A DNA stretch of 64,000 nucleotides from Balanoglossus misakiensis (lineage: Eukaryota > Animalia > Hemichordata): NCBI GenBank assembly GCA_040954595.2, contig CM082594.2, positions 11,412,276 through 11,476,275 on the forward strand. The letters are read 5' to 3'. Shown here piece after piece: positions 48,901 to 64,000 of this stretch (within the stretch, counting starts at the first letter, position 1; each line of letters opens with the position of its first letter). Both the position numbers and the translations under genes were made by a program. Below the pieces are notes generated by a model. That model saw only the letters and a list, made by a program, of their open reading frames with translations. It did no database searches and was not told the origin of the DNA.

Positions 48901-51900
48901 TCCTGCCATAATGAGATAAAAATTCCAGTTTAATTGGACGACAGAGAATCATGGGATGGCGACTATACCCCCCATGATGAATGAGACATGGTGGGAATAA
49001 TTTATGAGGTTTAGAAAACAGCTCAGCAATGTCAAAATCTCGGCTGATTTAATCACTTGGCAGCAGTTTATCATTGGTAAAAAAATTTAAAATCGTACAC
49101 GGAAATGGAACTATGACAAATAAATAAACTACCAAGATAATATTTTAATTTTTACAAATTTTAATATGCATCGCTGTAAACAAGTATAAATTTAAATGAC
49201 ACAAAATATACATCTTGTACATCTATAACAATTTATTTTGTTTTCTATACATCATCTTTATTTCTCATTGAATAAAACAAGTAGGGTGATAAATACCCAG
49301 ATTAAACTGGAGCCTGAAGGGATGGCGTCATATTTTGATGTGTGGTATTAGTTTGATCATTTTTTGTTTATTTTTGAAGAGATATTGATTATGATCCATT
49401 CACCAAAAAGATTAAATGATCTGTGGATACAATTAATGCCAAATGGCAGAATACGTCAATTTCTTAATGACTCCAATGTCAATTACGTACCATACGTTAA
49501 GATAATCAAGACAAGCTGTCGCGGAACGTAAAGTAATCGTTTCATTCAGTTCAGGACCTGTGCGTTTTGATGTGGCTTTCTTGCATCTTATTGAATATTC
49601 TGATGAGTATCAGTAAATACTTAATGAGATTTTCTTTAATATAATGAAAAGAGCGACAATTTGGAAGTGGTTCTATTCTTAACCATTCCACAGATATCTA
49701 CAGAGCACTTGTGCAAAAAAATCAACAACTTTCACCAAGTATCTGTCTCATTTGAATGATTTTCATCATTTTTGTGGGATCAGGTAGAACCGAATCCAGC
49801 TATTGGCTAACATGATCCGCATTCTGTTGTTTGTTCATTACATATCATTAAGTACCCCATGGACCTTTATCTTGATTTTGTCTAATGCTTGTGGCCAGTG
49901 ATTGCTTGTGGAGTTTAAAAATAAACAACACATACGCACAGGTTGGGTAAAAAATATCCTTATCAGCATCAGAGGGGTCTTGTGACTCCGCAAAATCTTC
50001 TAAATTGGGATCGCAAATAGCCACGAGAACTTCCTATCTGGTCACTGTTGACATTTTTGACTATCTAACAGTGTCTTTTAAAAACAGAATTGTGTACGTC
50101 ATAGTGCAGTGAAATACGTCATACTCCTATCATAGTGTGTGTTTTACGCTGCACGCAGACATTCAGACTGGTAGGACACCTGAGATGATTGTGATACGAG
50201 CTTGTGACTAGGCAATTATTTTGGGGTAATTTTAGTATGAGACTGAGAGGATACCTTTTGTTTCCCTATAGAGCTGACTTGGAGGGATGGCAGCTTGAAC
50301 TAAATTTTTTTTCAAAACATCCTGTTTTTTCGAGTGACTCCTGCAAGGATCCATGTTGTATTTTTAACAGAATGTATTAAAGTCCTGTTGCTTTGTTACG
50401 TCCTGTACATTTTTTTTCAAAGAGCAGTCGTATTTCACCACTGTTAAGGAAAAGCATCCGTTTGTTTAAAATCACAAAATTGGGGATAATCCAGGAAATT
50501 ATTGGCAATGGAAATGGGAAGATTCCGGATAGATTAAGCATCATCATCACACCTACACACTGCAGCTACAGTGGTGATGCCAACTGAGAGACTTATCAAG
50601 CTAACAAATGTTTTGCCTTAATGGTTCTGATATTTATCTCCGCTATATGCAAGAAGGTGTGGGAGTAGAGCTGAACACTTCTCATTTCAAACGGATAGGC
50701 TTTGTATCTCTGCCATTGTCGGCTTGTGTGGGATAAGGTCACAGTTCATGCAACGTTACCGACAGCGACACTGAAGCACAGACAGTTGAATTTTTTCCCA
50801 GAATTTAAAAATGTTAAAGTGGAAAGAGGTAAACCTTTTAATTTGTTTCCCAGAATTACAGATATGTCAATCAAAAAATCTTTAAAGCATTAAATTATGC
50901 ATTCAGTACATGGCTTGTCAACGTTTCTGTATTTGTGTGCTTGTCTCGCTCACAGTACATCACAAGTAGAACCGAAATATAGTACGCACTTGCAATTATT
51001 TACGGAGAAGCACGACAAGAAACTTGTTGATACACAAAACACAAAATCTGACTATCAGCCTCTCGAATACCACAGAATCTTTAATTTGTGGGAGTACTAT
51101 TGTACACTTTGATTTGTGTCTGTTTTTTTCAGATGCCAATGGTGTTTGAGCCCTAATTTACAAATATCCATATATATGGTTAAAGGTTGAGGATATATCT
51201 ATATATTCAAATTACCTGTTTAAAATCCCACCTACTCTGGCCACTTGCAAACACCATATGAAAGGATAGTTTGCAGCAAACCTTATCGTGAAAAGGCATC
51301 GTGTTTGATTTCACTTGCCGTTCTAATCAGTTTTAACTCATATTACCAGCCGCCCCACTTGGAGATGATCAAAGGAAATCTACCTGGTACTCCTACACAC
51401 TGCAGCTCTGTAATGTCTATGTTCCAAATAATCCTAAATGCCAAATGTAGCCTTGATCCAACACTATATGCACTCACTCTCTGCAAAAAAAGCCCAACCA
51501 GCACGCAGTGTGAATTCACAAATCTTTGGCTGATCGCTTTCGTCATATACAAGTCAGAAGCCTTGTCAATATTGAAAGCAGACACTGGCGACTGCAAATC
51601 ATTTTTTTTGCAAATAAATTAACAAATATCTGTGTGTGCAATTTGAATATGTTCGTCATTAACTTACCAACCAGTGGTGGCTTGGATGAATTCATTCAAT
51701 CCAGAGATTATTTGTTGATGATTTATCAATAAACTGGTGGCACAACTCCAAGAATTGTGTACAGCATTGTTAATTACACATGATCCAAATAAACGGAAGG
51801 TATACACACTGAACTAGTCCGGTTTGGGAACAATGTGGCCCACCCACACATGTATATAATACCTGACATTATATCTGCTTTATCGATGGATCACTAAAAT

Positions 51901-53426
51901 GTTGACAGCCAGAATAACCTTAAATATTTAAAGAACACAGGTCAATCATTTCCAGAAGATTTCATCACTAATTAAATTCACTCAAATTAATGAGGTTTAA
52001 AATAATCAGCATGTAAAACAAAGAACAGAAACATACACTTACCACATGACATGAACATAATATGAAATTTTAAAAAGATTTCCTCGTTAAGTAATATCCA
52101 ATCAGAAGAGACCTTGGCATATTTACATATAAACCATCCAATCAGAATAAATCAATTATGTAATTTGTTTCCATGGAAATAAAACCAGTGACATCACTTA
52201 TATCAGTGTGTTCATCACTTTAAATCAATAATCTGCTCACTGCGAGGTAATTAATTGAGACACAGAGTTCAAGGGTAGGGTGACATTTCAGTGACCTTGA
52301 ATTTTTGTGATGTTATGGCGAAAAACATCTAACAAACATGACTTCCTAGAGGAAGATGGCAATGATGGTCGTGTTTCTTTACTTAGAGTTTTAACAAAGC
52401 AAACATCACTCAGTTGTACTTGTAGGGTCTTGTTCATCCATGCAGGCTTCCTGTAATCTTTAGGTACATTAAGATTTGTGTCATATTTTAAATCAAAATC
52501 ATCATCATCTGTTCCCCAGTTCTCCATCCATACTACAGATACGCAGGAAGAATAACCAACATTCCCACCAAAGTATTGACATAAACATGTAAGCAGGGTA
52601 ACGTACCTGAGTGCCAAGAACAAAACCTGATGACAAGAGCCAGCTCCGAAGACATCAAACAGGAATGAATGCAAAGCACATCACTGCATCTGAGAGATTT
52701 TTGATCACACACTGAATAAGAGTAAAACTAAATGGCACAGATCATGACATCAAAGGATGCTTGCAACGATGGAGAGAGAGAGATACAGAATGTTCTCCCA
52801 GAGAGGAGTGACTCCAGCAAGAGATGAGGAGACAACTGACTGGTAGACTGAAGAAGCAGATGCAACAACTTACCTACCTACCCACCCACCCACCCACACA
52901 CATACACACTCGCTCACCGGCCGATAGATGTTGAAATGTCAAAGGTGGTGGCTTTTGTACGACAGGACAGTGGGAGAAAAACAACTCAAATTACGTGATC
53001 CTGCAAATGCGTCCTACTTGTTTTTTTAAAAGTCAGCAAGGATCGGACACATTCTCCATTCAGACACTTAATGCTCATAAAAGGCCACAGGTTTGCCATT
53101 GTCAATACGATGTGAAGAATACCGGAAAATATCTATCACGCATCAATTTCTTGCAAAACCTCACAACCTTTCAGCAGAGTATGTTGATGACATTTCATCT
53201 AATCTTACCAATATAATAGTTATACAAATGTGAAAGCTAAAATTTATTTTTGCAATAATAATATCACAACATGTATTCTTGGATGTCATTCCAGGATAGT
53301 TTGAGCACTATGATGTACCATCTACCTGTTGATGTGGACGCACACCATTTGGGCAGGACAATAGACTATCAGCAACTGTAACTTGTTGTGGAAAAGTATC
53401 ATATACTTTTTTACCCTACAATGTAC

Positions 53427-53427
<1 letters not shown>

Positions 53428-53490
<63 letters not shown>

Positions 53491-53502
53491 GTCATCATCA
53501 TC
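53428..53502. repeat. (CAT)n microsatellite, about 25 units
   Basis: Long near-perfect ATC run; it produces the poly-Met, poly-Ile and poly-His pseudo-ORFs. Confidence 0.95.
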
Positions 53503-56500
53503 CAAGTTGCTTCTGTCATTCACATTTCAAGAATGCACTACAATATTACACTTTACATATTTACTTGACGATGGTTGAATTTTGTCTGACAAGTGAGTTG
53601 GTATATTGCCTGAGTGTATTTGAAGGAAATCTTTTGCAGTTCATTTCCTCTGTGGCATGCAAATTAAAAATTCATGTTTGAATTGAAACCTTGTGAAAAA
53701 AATAGTCTCCTACACATTTCCAAGCCCACACCAAACTCTCTGCCCACATCACAACAATATTGATTACTCCCATGTTAACAGTAGAAAGAGTAAAAAGTAG
53801 AAAGTTTATAACTAATGACAAAGTTGGCTTTCAAATAAACATGAATTTACTTCCTTATTAAAAAATTGTTTCACAATGTGTGAAGAATCTGCCAGGCACT
53901 AATAACTGTTGCAAAGTCTGAGTCAACTTTCCAAGAAATTCTCCAAATCCCTGCGTTTGTTCCATTATGCAGATGTAAAGCTGGTCATATTAATTTTTAA
54001 CACCGTAAACTCACACGGAATGTGTGGGAACGGTCATATTAGTATCCACTACACCTACACAAAGCGAATGCATAAAGATTGAGTCGTGATCTGTCAATGA
54101 TTGTAGTTACCTACTTGTGTTACAAACTCCATCAGTGCCCTGACATTTGTGGCTGATACAAGACGGTTCATTTAATAATCCTGTCGGAGAATACACCGAG
54201 CTTTAACTGGTGGTATATACTGTGCCTTAAAGACGATCAAATATCTCTGCCATTTTCAGACCACAACACAACACTGCATCGTCACTCCTACAAGGATGCT
54301 TTGGTTCTGAAAAAATTGTTTGTTAGAGGGCACACTGACCAGTGTGCAGAACAGTCTTAGTAAGTCGTACAATTCAACTTAAAAATGATTTCAATTATAC
54401 AGAATAAGCTCATTTTTTGTTACATTTTTAGAGAGGTCCGATTTCTCACCGCAGAGTAAAGCTTACAAAATCTAATGTAGAGAGAAATGTCAACATAGCC
54501 ACTGATTCATTTATGGTTATTAGTACTCCACGTTGCCAGGGCAACCACTTCCTTTGGGTATCAGTTGCTCTCATCATCTGGAGCATTCTGAGAGTAAATG
54601 GTTTTATTTATGGTGGATAAAAAAAATCACAACGATTCAATAGACAATCTGGCAGTCAGGTCATGTCAGAAAACTCACAACATACAGCCAGCACCATCAG
54701 CAAGATTGTATTTCAATGAGATTCACTCACTACGATTGCTGAAAAAATACTGTAAAAAAAACTCCTAGAGAGTCGTGACCAGTGAACAAACATCTCATAC
54801 AAACAAAATCACGACTCATGTGGATTGGGGCATTTATGTATCATATTGCATTCTACGTTCAAGTCTGTTTTACCAGTTCAAACATTTTTCATTCCTGAAA
54901 CACCATCACGTACTACATACGTACCTCATGCTTCTCACCGGGACATTTAAAAGGTGGGAATTGTTTATTTATCATATCTGCATCATAACATCACAATTTT
55001 AATGTATTTTGACCAAAATTTAAATTATGGGTAAAGAGCAGCCATTGGCATTGGCACCAGCAATGGCCATTTCCATGAGAAGTTGCCAGGAACTTGATGA
55101 AGTATTACGGTTACCTGTATGATTATTATAGGATACAATGATCATTTCATAGAAATTAGCGAGAAAACAATTCTAACAACAGCACAAAATGGGTCAGTTG
55201 ATGTGGTGTTCACTGCTAACTGTATCTGTGCCGATCAAACTCAATTTTCTCTCACTCAACATTGCCTAAGGCAAGAACCTCTAGAAAAAAGTATATAACA
55301 TTATTTATATCAATAGGCCATCATTTATCATATGAACCTGTGAAACAGTATTCTAAAGCGAACCACATCTCAGCTGTAACTAATCACAAAGCTGTACGAC
55401 TGATGAAATCTAGATAATTGTGCAAGTTGGCACAAATTGGATTAGGCCATACATGTGTGGTGCATATTACACACAGGTAACTGGGTTAGTTACACATACA
55501 ATGTAGCAATGACTTCGTTCACCAAGAAGCTGGGCACCATAAAAAACCACGGAAATATAACAGAAGAAGATGACAAACTGGTTCCACTCACCTATGATCA
55601 CAACAGCATACCCACAAACATGCTTCCCTCTTTTACATGCCAAACTCATCTACTGGTCTTGCTTGGTATTTAATCAGCTGGCAAAAAACATCACATCACC
55701 GATCAATCCCCCAACGACAAGACAAGTGCTGTGGTTTGGGCAAACAGCACCCTCTAGTGGCCATTTACCTCATGGTGCCATGACGATAACACTCAAAGTC
55801 GGCAGTACATTTCTGACTGCACTTTTTTCTTGTGATGGTCAAACTCAATGTGGGGAAGTCAGTCAGCTAGGCCTGAATAACCTTCCATAAACACTAACGG
55901 GAAATAATGTTGAGATGAACATGAGCATCCGGCTTCCTCCTTCACAGACAACACCGAAAAACCTCCATCAACAAAACACCCCCATTTTCCCCAAACGCCA
56001 CCTTATCACCACCTGCCATCTTCAAGGTCTACAGAATAGAAATAAACAACTTAATGAGCAATTCTCTTAATTCCCAGATCTTCACAGAAAAAAAGGCTAG
56101 ATCACGATGAACATTACTGTAACTTGATTGTTAAACCACAAGATCACCTGTAACATTTAAGACTTCCTGTTTAACAGATACTCCTACGTATCCACAACCT
56201 TTGCATTTTACAGCAAACGTACCACGGACACTCCAAAGTGAATTTCAATGACTGTGTGGGAAGAGCCAATGTACTGTGACCATTTCATATTTTATATGAG
56301 TCATCAAAACACACCATTAAGCTTTGTCAAAAGAATAAATTTACACTATTTTAATACACAAGATAATCTTTCAGAATTAGAAATACTATCATTCACATCG
56401 TAAGAAAATGAACAATTTCGCTGCGAAAGGTACGTTTTTTTCAATCACCACCAAGAGCAGAGCCGTTAAGTATTTCAGACCCAGATTTTTACACAATGGA

Positions 56501-59500
56501 AATGCTCCTTCCCACGATTCTCTGCAAACACCACAACCACATGTTGCCATGGCAATGAAACGCCGAACTAAATTGGCTCAGACAGTCTGCATCTACGTGG
56601 TACCTGCAGCATTCCATTTATGTTCACCTTTGCATGAAAAAGTTTTTATTGGAAGGCAGACATAATAATTAATATCTACTGTGAATTATTATTTTTTTTA
56701 ACAATGACACACTATTTCTTCTCTTTGCAATCTTACTTGGGTTTGTCTGAATTTTTAAACACTGCATTAAATTTCCATATCAATAAATGGTTTGCATTAT
56801 TGATTGACAATACAACTGACAACACAGTGAGGTGCGCACATCACAAGGACAGATCTGGACAATTTCTTGAAAATCTGGCTTAAGTCTACGACAGTAATTT
56901 CCTACAATTATTAAATTAAACTGATTAACAGAATCTCCAGGCAACGACAGAACTGTGAATGCACCAACAATTGCACAGCTGCAAGATACTTAGATTTTTT
57001 CCATATAGAAATACTCCTTCATTTTGCACAGAACAAAAAAATCCCTCTACTACAAATATAGGTCATCTTTTTTCATAAATAATTAGGTGGCAATATAGGT
57101 GTCAGGCATTTTCATTTGATATAAATACATTCAATAATATTGACACCCAACCCTCCAAATTGACCACTGTCATGTTTTTCTTAAAACTGTTTTGTAAATT
57201 CCTTATTTCATTATTCACACTGCATGTCAGAAACACTGGAGTTTCTCTTTGTTCGCTTGGTTTGAATAATATTCAACACCGACCTCCACTCAATCCATCA
57301 CAATCACATATCCTCCATATGCTCCCAATAGCAGCCAAACTCCTTGGCTCTTATTTTGTCACCGTTAGCAACAAGACACTGAGGCACACATACGGAGATG
57401 GTATAAAAATAAAATGTTAATAATATAAAAAAATCAAACTACACAGTCAGTGCTATCCTTTTGTTGAACAATATCACATAGTCTTCGTCCTCTCAGCTCA
57501 GATGCGCAAGATTTTCACTCCCATCTTCTGACCTACATCACATTGCCATGGCAACCACATTCAATATTTTCTCATCACTTTATACAATTTTGATTGAATT
57601 CGATTGCGGTCTGTGTAAATCACCCTTTGTTGGCTAGCATATCTTCCATGATGCATCAGCTGAGTGCAAGCCCCAGAAAATATTATTGATTTTAACCACA
57701 CTGCGACGGTCAATCAATTAAACGCAGAATTTAAATTGCAGTTTTATTGATTTTTGTTGAACAAAAATAATCTCTGCAAAAACTCATGCTGCAAATTCAA
57801 TGTGTGCATACATCACTTCCTGTTTCTTACTCTCTTACAACCCAAGTCTTCCTTTCCCTTTCTTGATCACTACATTCTGCGGATGTTAAATCCAACTTGG
57901 ATTCTAAAATAGTACAAAAACACATTACAAAACATAATTTAAAAAAAAATCCCTTCTTCCTGTCAAAAGAATAACCTTGATGGTAAAAGCAGTACACAAA
58001 GCCAGACAAGTGTTTACATGTAGACACCCACCTCGTACAAATCTTCTAAATCTGTCAAAAGAAAACAGACTAAAAAAAAACACTTCCGCAATAATGTTTA
58101 TGTCACTTACTTATTCATAATTGGTTGAAATCAAACACTAACACCCCTGAACCACTGCCAGACATTCTGTTATCACTAATGATCTATTAAATCATGATGT
58201 CTGCCCAAGATGATAACTGCTTGGCTGTTGTCAGGAGATTTTACACATCACTGGTTTGATTAATTAATAAACAGCTGTTGTGTCTGCATTGACATGGCAA
58301 GAAATAAGAACTGAAACCTCAATCAAAGCCTATGATATGAGTGTCTCATCACCATGGTAACTCACAATCAGATCTCCCAAAGAAGCAGAGGACAGACACA
58401 TGTGTGTTGGATATATATATGTACAAGATAGGTTAATTCCACCTTGACCAGAAAGTCACCTTGAAAATGATGATGTGTACATGCACACACACATAGACAC
58501 ACATATGAACATACATGTATGTGTGGAAGGTTAAAACACACCATATATAAACAAATTTCTTTTGACAAGAAATGTCATTTTATAGGTATTGGAAACTCCC
58601 TAGTCTAAGCGATACGATCACAACATAACCAGCCACACAAATACTCCCCCCCCCCCCCCCCCCTGAAATGGACATCAAAACAACTCCCTCTATAGTCAAG
58701 ATTGGGTACATTTCCTGTAGATGTTCATTTCTGGCTGTGACAAATCAATTTCAACAGTTTTGCAAAAACCATCGATGAGTATGGCATTACGTACATACAT
58801 ACATAGTTACATACATCCATATAATGTGCAGCAAAAACCAAATAGGAGCTAAGAATGGGGGGGGGGGGTTATCTGGTAACCTCTGACCTTTGACCTTCTG
58901 GTTTTCTAAAACAATACTCAAATAGCTTTTTATGACACTTTAAACAAGGAACAAAATTGCATTTAATATTGGCTACCAGTTAGGGTCTCCTATCAACAAC
59001 AATCGCCATATCTCTTTCCATTCATTTTACAATTAATATATTAATTCTGTGTTTTCTTTATATATACAATGATTTATAAAAGGTGCATTTAACCTATGCA
59101 TTTCATTGCACAAGTAAATAAAAAAAAAACACGAAAAAAATGAAAGCAGAAAGCTGTCACAAACGACAGCGAAACAACCGCTTGGTAAATAGTTAAAACA
59201 CACAGCTGTGAGAAGCGGTGACAAACTCCACTATTGTTACTGAATGAAAAGTCCACAGTGTAAGAGAGAGAGAGAGGCCTTTCCAAGGCCTTCTAAAAGT
59301 AGCTGTGTCATTCAGCAGAGAGGCACATATCATAATTACACTACCTTAATGTGTACCTTCACAATCACATCTACACCTTGATTTCTTGCGGCTATTTCCA
59401 CAAATTGTTCATATTTTATTTCCTAATGCCGAAAATGAGATAAATTTTCTTCTGGGGAAAAGGTTAATATGGCACAAATAAAATAAAATGGAATCGAAAG

Positions 59501-62500
59501 AAATGATTTAGCCTTATTTGAGTATCAAGTAAAGATAAAATGTACAGTCATAAATTTGACTACAGACTGAAAATTTAGTTTTGTATTTTTCTCTGTCTCT
59601 CTGATGCTGATGTATGAAATACTAAAATATAATTGCCTTTACTAATTTCTTCCATTTATGAACCAGACTTCAAAATTTTAATCACTATTTTTTTACTAAA
59701 AAAATATAAAATAATAATGGTACAGAGCTTGTAGGAGTAATATTGAAAGATTCATTCACCAGGTATAAGACATAAGGTCATTTCACTTTACATACAGAGT
59801 ACTCACTATAAAATGCTGATTTTAATTGAGAACTTCCAAATTATGAATGATTTTCGTCTGTTTCAATTTTGAGGAGTTTATTATAAGAGTGGAAGACACA
59901 ACTGTAGATTCAACCTTGTGGTTTCAGATAAAAGTTCATAAACAATAATAACATAAACATCCATCTATTTCCTTACGTACCTGTACCTTTCTCTGTTGCT
60001 ACGTGTATCTGTAACAAACGCACATTGCCACATTAAATGATGCAGTATGTCCACTCATAATGGTCAGAAGTGATATTTGCCTTGTAGCTGTAACCGTAGA
60101 AACAATAAAGGGAGGAAGCTTATGTACCAACTCAGTGATCTCAACCTTCAAAACATCCAGTTACCATGGCAACAGACAACACATCAACATGCTTATTATT
60201 TATAGTGGACATGACACATCCCTGGTGGTCATTTTCATCCGGAAATTTATACGACCGTAAAAACATTCAGCAAACATTCTCTCCCGATTTCTGGCTTGCA
60301 GACCATTCCTCAATAATTGGATAACTTAATATTCTGTTCAGCGAATCTGATTCATGACACTCAGTTCTACAGAAAAATAATACACCAAAAAAATATGTAT
60401 AGACAACGTAACCTATGTTGACCTTTGACATGCTTAACAAGATTCACATGTAAAGATTACAATGTAATTTAATTACAGGGTATACATGTGCTTTTTAACT
60501 GGCTTTTATTATACAGAATATTGTTACTATGTGCCAATCTGGTCAATATTACATTTGGGAAACCCACTACAATGTAGTTGCTGGTTGACTTGTGTAGGTG
60601 CTCAAATCACCTGCATTTGCAACTAAAATTAGACATTATGTAATCAAGAATTACAGCATGCTAAGCTCTGCTGCTATTTATACCACATGGAGGATAGAGA
60701 TAATAGCCACATGCCTGAAGAATGAACTGGTTGGGTGTGAACAATTGAAATTATCCCCCAATGTGAAAATATGACAGTTCATTAGATAATCAGGGAAACA
60801 TTTACACACACATATTCACTGAGGTGCTGACTCTCCCCCTCCCTCAGATCACGTTGGTTGCTCCCTGATAATCATTGATCAGCAAATATCCATGGATGAC
60901 ACAGTTTGTATTTGTATACAGAGAGAAAGCCAATAGAATGCAAATGAAGTGACACCATTGAAGCAGATAGATCATCTGTGAGGAACTCGTCAACCATATC
61001 ATTACAATTTCATGATAGCTTCAATGTATTCAATGAAATATACACAGTTCTTTATGGCAATTCAAAAGCCAGTGATTTTAGAAAGACCAACCAAAAGGAC
61101 GAGGCTTGGAAGCCAAACTATGAGCACGACGACTTTGAGATTTGGTTCCACCATCAATTTTAACAGTGACCAATCACCCACCTTGCACCTGGTGTGGGGT
61201 TACGTTATCATTATACTGACCAATCATCAGATTGCCACCACATAATGCTCATGGTAGGTCATCGTTCTGTTGGTCGGTGACGATTCAATTTGCCATGGAA
61301 CGCTACACCACTATGTGAAGAATGCACGGTAGACGTGACCCTGAAAGAATTTCATTTAGCGGCAAATTGCCGACTGGTATTTTGACCACTTTCTCTTGTA
61401 TCAGAGCTGGGGTAGATTTCGAAACCTGAGTCTTATAATACAACATGCTAGAACTTAACCATGCCTCATTAGTTTATATCACTTCATTGAAATAAATATT
61501 TCAACCACTCTTCATGTGTCTTTCCTCATCACTTCCTTTGTCAACCTAAAAACCACTGCTCAACATGCCCTGAAAAAAAGGCTTCCAGACCAATACCATA
61601 CATAACATCATGACACAGAATTGGTCAGGTACGAACTGCGGCTTACAAACAACAAATCAAAAGGAAGTCAGGAACCACAATGCCATCACAATGCAATACC
61701 GGTAGTTCTTGCAGAGGTCAAATTGTAATGACAACAATTACATGACATATGACATGTGCCCCACTCCAGAGTTTTACCAGCTGTTCCATATTACCATCAG
61801 GGTAAACAACTCACTGTATATTTTCACAGCTGATGGTTAAGAGTAACATAACCATGTTCCATTAGAAAATTACTGATTAATCAATCATAAGAAAGGCTCT
61901 TAAATTCTAGATATAATTTTAACACTTTTCAGGACAGTTTCAATATTGATTTGATTACTTTTGTACCAAATTCTGTCCACTCTTTCACCAACACAGTTTG
62001 ATCATCGGGTGTTACACCATCAAACTTACCAATACATTTGTGATTCAACATGGATATTCTCAAAACGTCCTTGTGGTACATGATTTAAATACTAAACCAA
62101 GCAGAGTATTGTGTTTGTATTTCTAGTCTGTCCGTTTTCTTGTCCATTGCTGGAAGGTTGTTCATTTCTTGCTTATACTTAAACAAGTGAATGTTTTATG
62201 CAAACAGGGAGTTTTAGCAGTCATTTTTTGCATTAATTACATTGCCATCATGTGACACGTAATCTGCAAGGTAAACTTTTTCACCTTTTCAAAGCTTTTA
62301 ATAACTTAAATGTTAGCATCATTCTAAATAAGGAAAACTGTTTAATCGACGTATTTTTTTTAAATGGCATCTGCTGCAAAGATAAATACCATCAAAATCA
62401 TTCCAATATCTATTCTGTTTATACAGTTGTCATTATGAAATATTTCACTTGTTTTGATTTCTTCCTAGCGCATAATTATTTCAAAAGCATCGAAACAATT

Positions 62501-63342
62501 CAATGAAAGAAATCATGTCACTGATTAAACTATATTTCAGAGAAAGGGAAATAAATACACACTTTGGTAGCAATCCAAATTTAAAATTAATTAAACCATC
62601 CCTGTCCGGGAAGACTAAGCAGATAATGATTAATTTCAAAAATGAGTTTTATAAAATGAATATCCCCCCCCCCCCCCTTCAACGCACACCCTGCACATTT
62701 TTATATATATTTGATTCCCCCTAATCAATGCAGGTTGCAACCACTCCCTCATACTATGCTAGCTGTAGCACAATTGTCAACTTTCGTTTTTAATAAATAA
62801 TCATGTCCGTGAGTTTGATTGGAATAAAAAAAAAAAATACAGGAAAAAAATGTGACAAAGGTGTCCAAGAGAATGAAATCGAAATCCGGGAACTTATAAG
62901 AAATGTAACGATATGATATCCGACGAAAACAGCAGTCAAGTTTGTCCTTTTAATATCGTACACACTTAAAATTGCTGTATACTATGGACTCAGGAAACGG
63001 TGTCAAGTACTCGAAAGCAATATAAGTTATGAATATTTAGTGTGTCCACCATTTCGTGATATGTGTACAGTATTATATAGACGCAGACGGCGTACGGTGT
63101 TTATAATCGGTCAGCTCAGTGAATTTTTCACGTGTAATAAGCAGATAGTCTTTTAAAAAGACGTGGACAATGTTGTGATGTTTCACGCCACAAAGCTTTG
63201 CCAGGACTACATACTAATACTGATATTGAGCATGTATGGTACTGGCAACGAAAATGTTGAAACTGTGGATAACAAAAACTGACAAGTGTAAGAGTTACAA
63301 TTGAAAGGATATATACATAGTACACACAACATGATGGCCTAC

Positions 63343-63625
63343 CTACACTCGTCGGCGTGTTCTGCTTCTGTCGGTCCCTTGTCGAATCACCCTACGCTGG
63401 CACGAAGATTACAGAATAAAACGCGACCAGATTATCATAGCACCGATTTAAAAAGATACTGAGAACACAGGCCTAGAAAATCTGTGATCACGATTAAAAT
63501 TTAGCGAGGAACACTGAAAAGAAATAAAAAATGATTATCACAGAGATGCAATTTCATCAACCGGTGCATCGCCGTGACGTTTCAATTCATGCTGCTTCCC
63601 ACTTTCAATGACGTCACTTCCTTTT
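63343..63625 (-). promoter_or_regulatory. Candidate distal promoter and first exon of the R3HDM-like gene
   Basis: Sharp local rise in CpG, donor-like TAG|GTAGGC at 63342-63341, perfect CRE TGACGTCA at 63609-63616 and a CRE half site near 63575. No coding sequence was recognised between here and 45.9 kb. Confidence 0.5.
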
Positions 63626-64000
63626 CGAAGAGCAGCAGAAGGATATTTTATTGCATGCAGTTTCTTTTAAACTTTAATGAACACACATAATCGAGAGAAA
63701 AAAGCCAAGTTCATAGACATATGCGCGGCCATGTTTTGTACGCTTTGTCCCATTGTCCCCACGCCGTACAGTGACACGTACAGTGACAATGACAGTGTCA
63801 GAACTTGCTCGCTTGTGTTGGATACTAGCCTGATACATGTACTAAAGTTTGTTTCCGATCTGTAGGCCTACGTTTTTATTCCTTGCGCATAAAATTATTG
63901 TTCCCTTCTGTAGAAGGAAACGTCTACTAACTAAGGCTATAGTACAACTCGATTCTTTGAAATACTTGACCACGCTACCCACTGTATTCCAAGTAGGCCG

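Noticed and set aside
53322-53681. Poly-Met, poly-Ile and poly-His ORFs
   Set aside because: Translations of the (CAT)n microsatellite.

Overview
AT-rich, intron-containing animal genomic DNA. It is probably from a marine invertebrate deuterostome; this is inferred from vertebrate-like intron positions combined with a non-vertebrate gene complement. Six spliced genes were reconstructed by hand from GT-AG sites and reading phase, all on the minus strand. (1) The 5' part of AFG3L2, the mitochondrial m-AAA protease (ATG at 3511; the gene runs off the left edge). (2) A tau/MAP2/MAP4-family gene of about 679 aa with 14 PGGG/AGGG repeats: 12 in a core array largely built from 96-nt phase-0 exons, and 2 upstream of the Ser/Pro-rich region. 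(3-5) A tandem cluster of three diverged myosin essential light chain genes; one has MYL6-like alternative C-terminal exons. (6) An R3HDM1/R3HDM2/ARPP21 (encore) family RNA-binding gene with a long non-coding 5' region reaching a CpG/CRE-containing promoter candidate near 63.6 kb. Non-coding elements include a 460-bp MITE (156-bp TIRs, 9-bp TSD), a 61-bp hairpin, a degenerate minisatellite and microsatellites. The strongest signals are the exon-duplicated many-repeat tau and the tight tau-MYL-R3HDM linkage, which mirrors vertebrate paralogous chromosome regions. Exon models have no transcript support here, and most ORFs in the supplied track are spurious.
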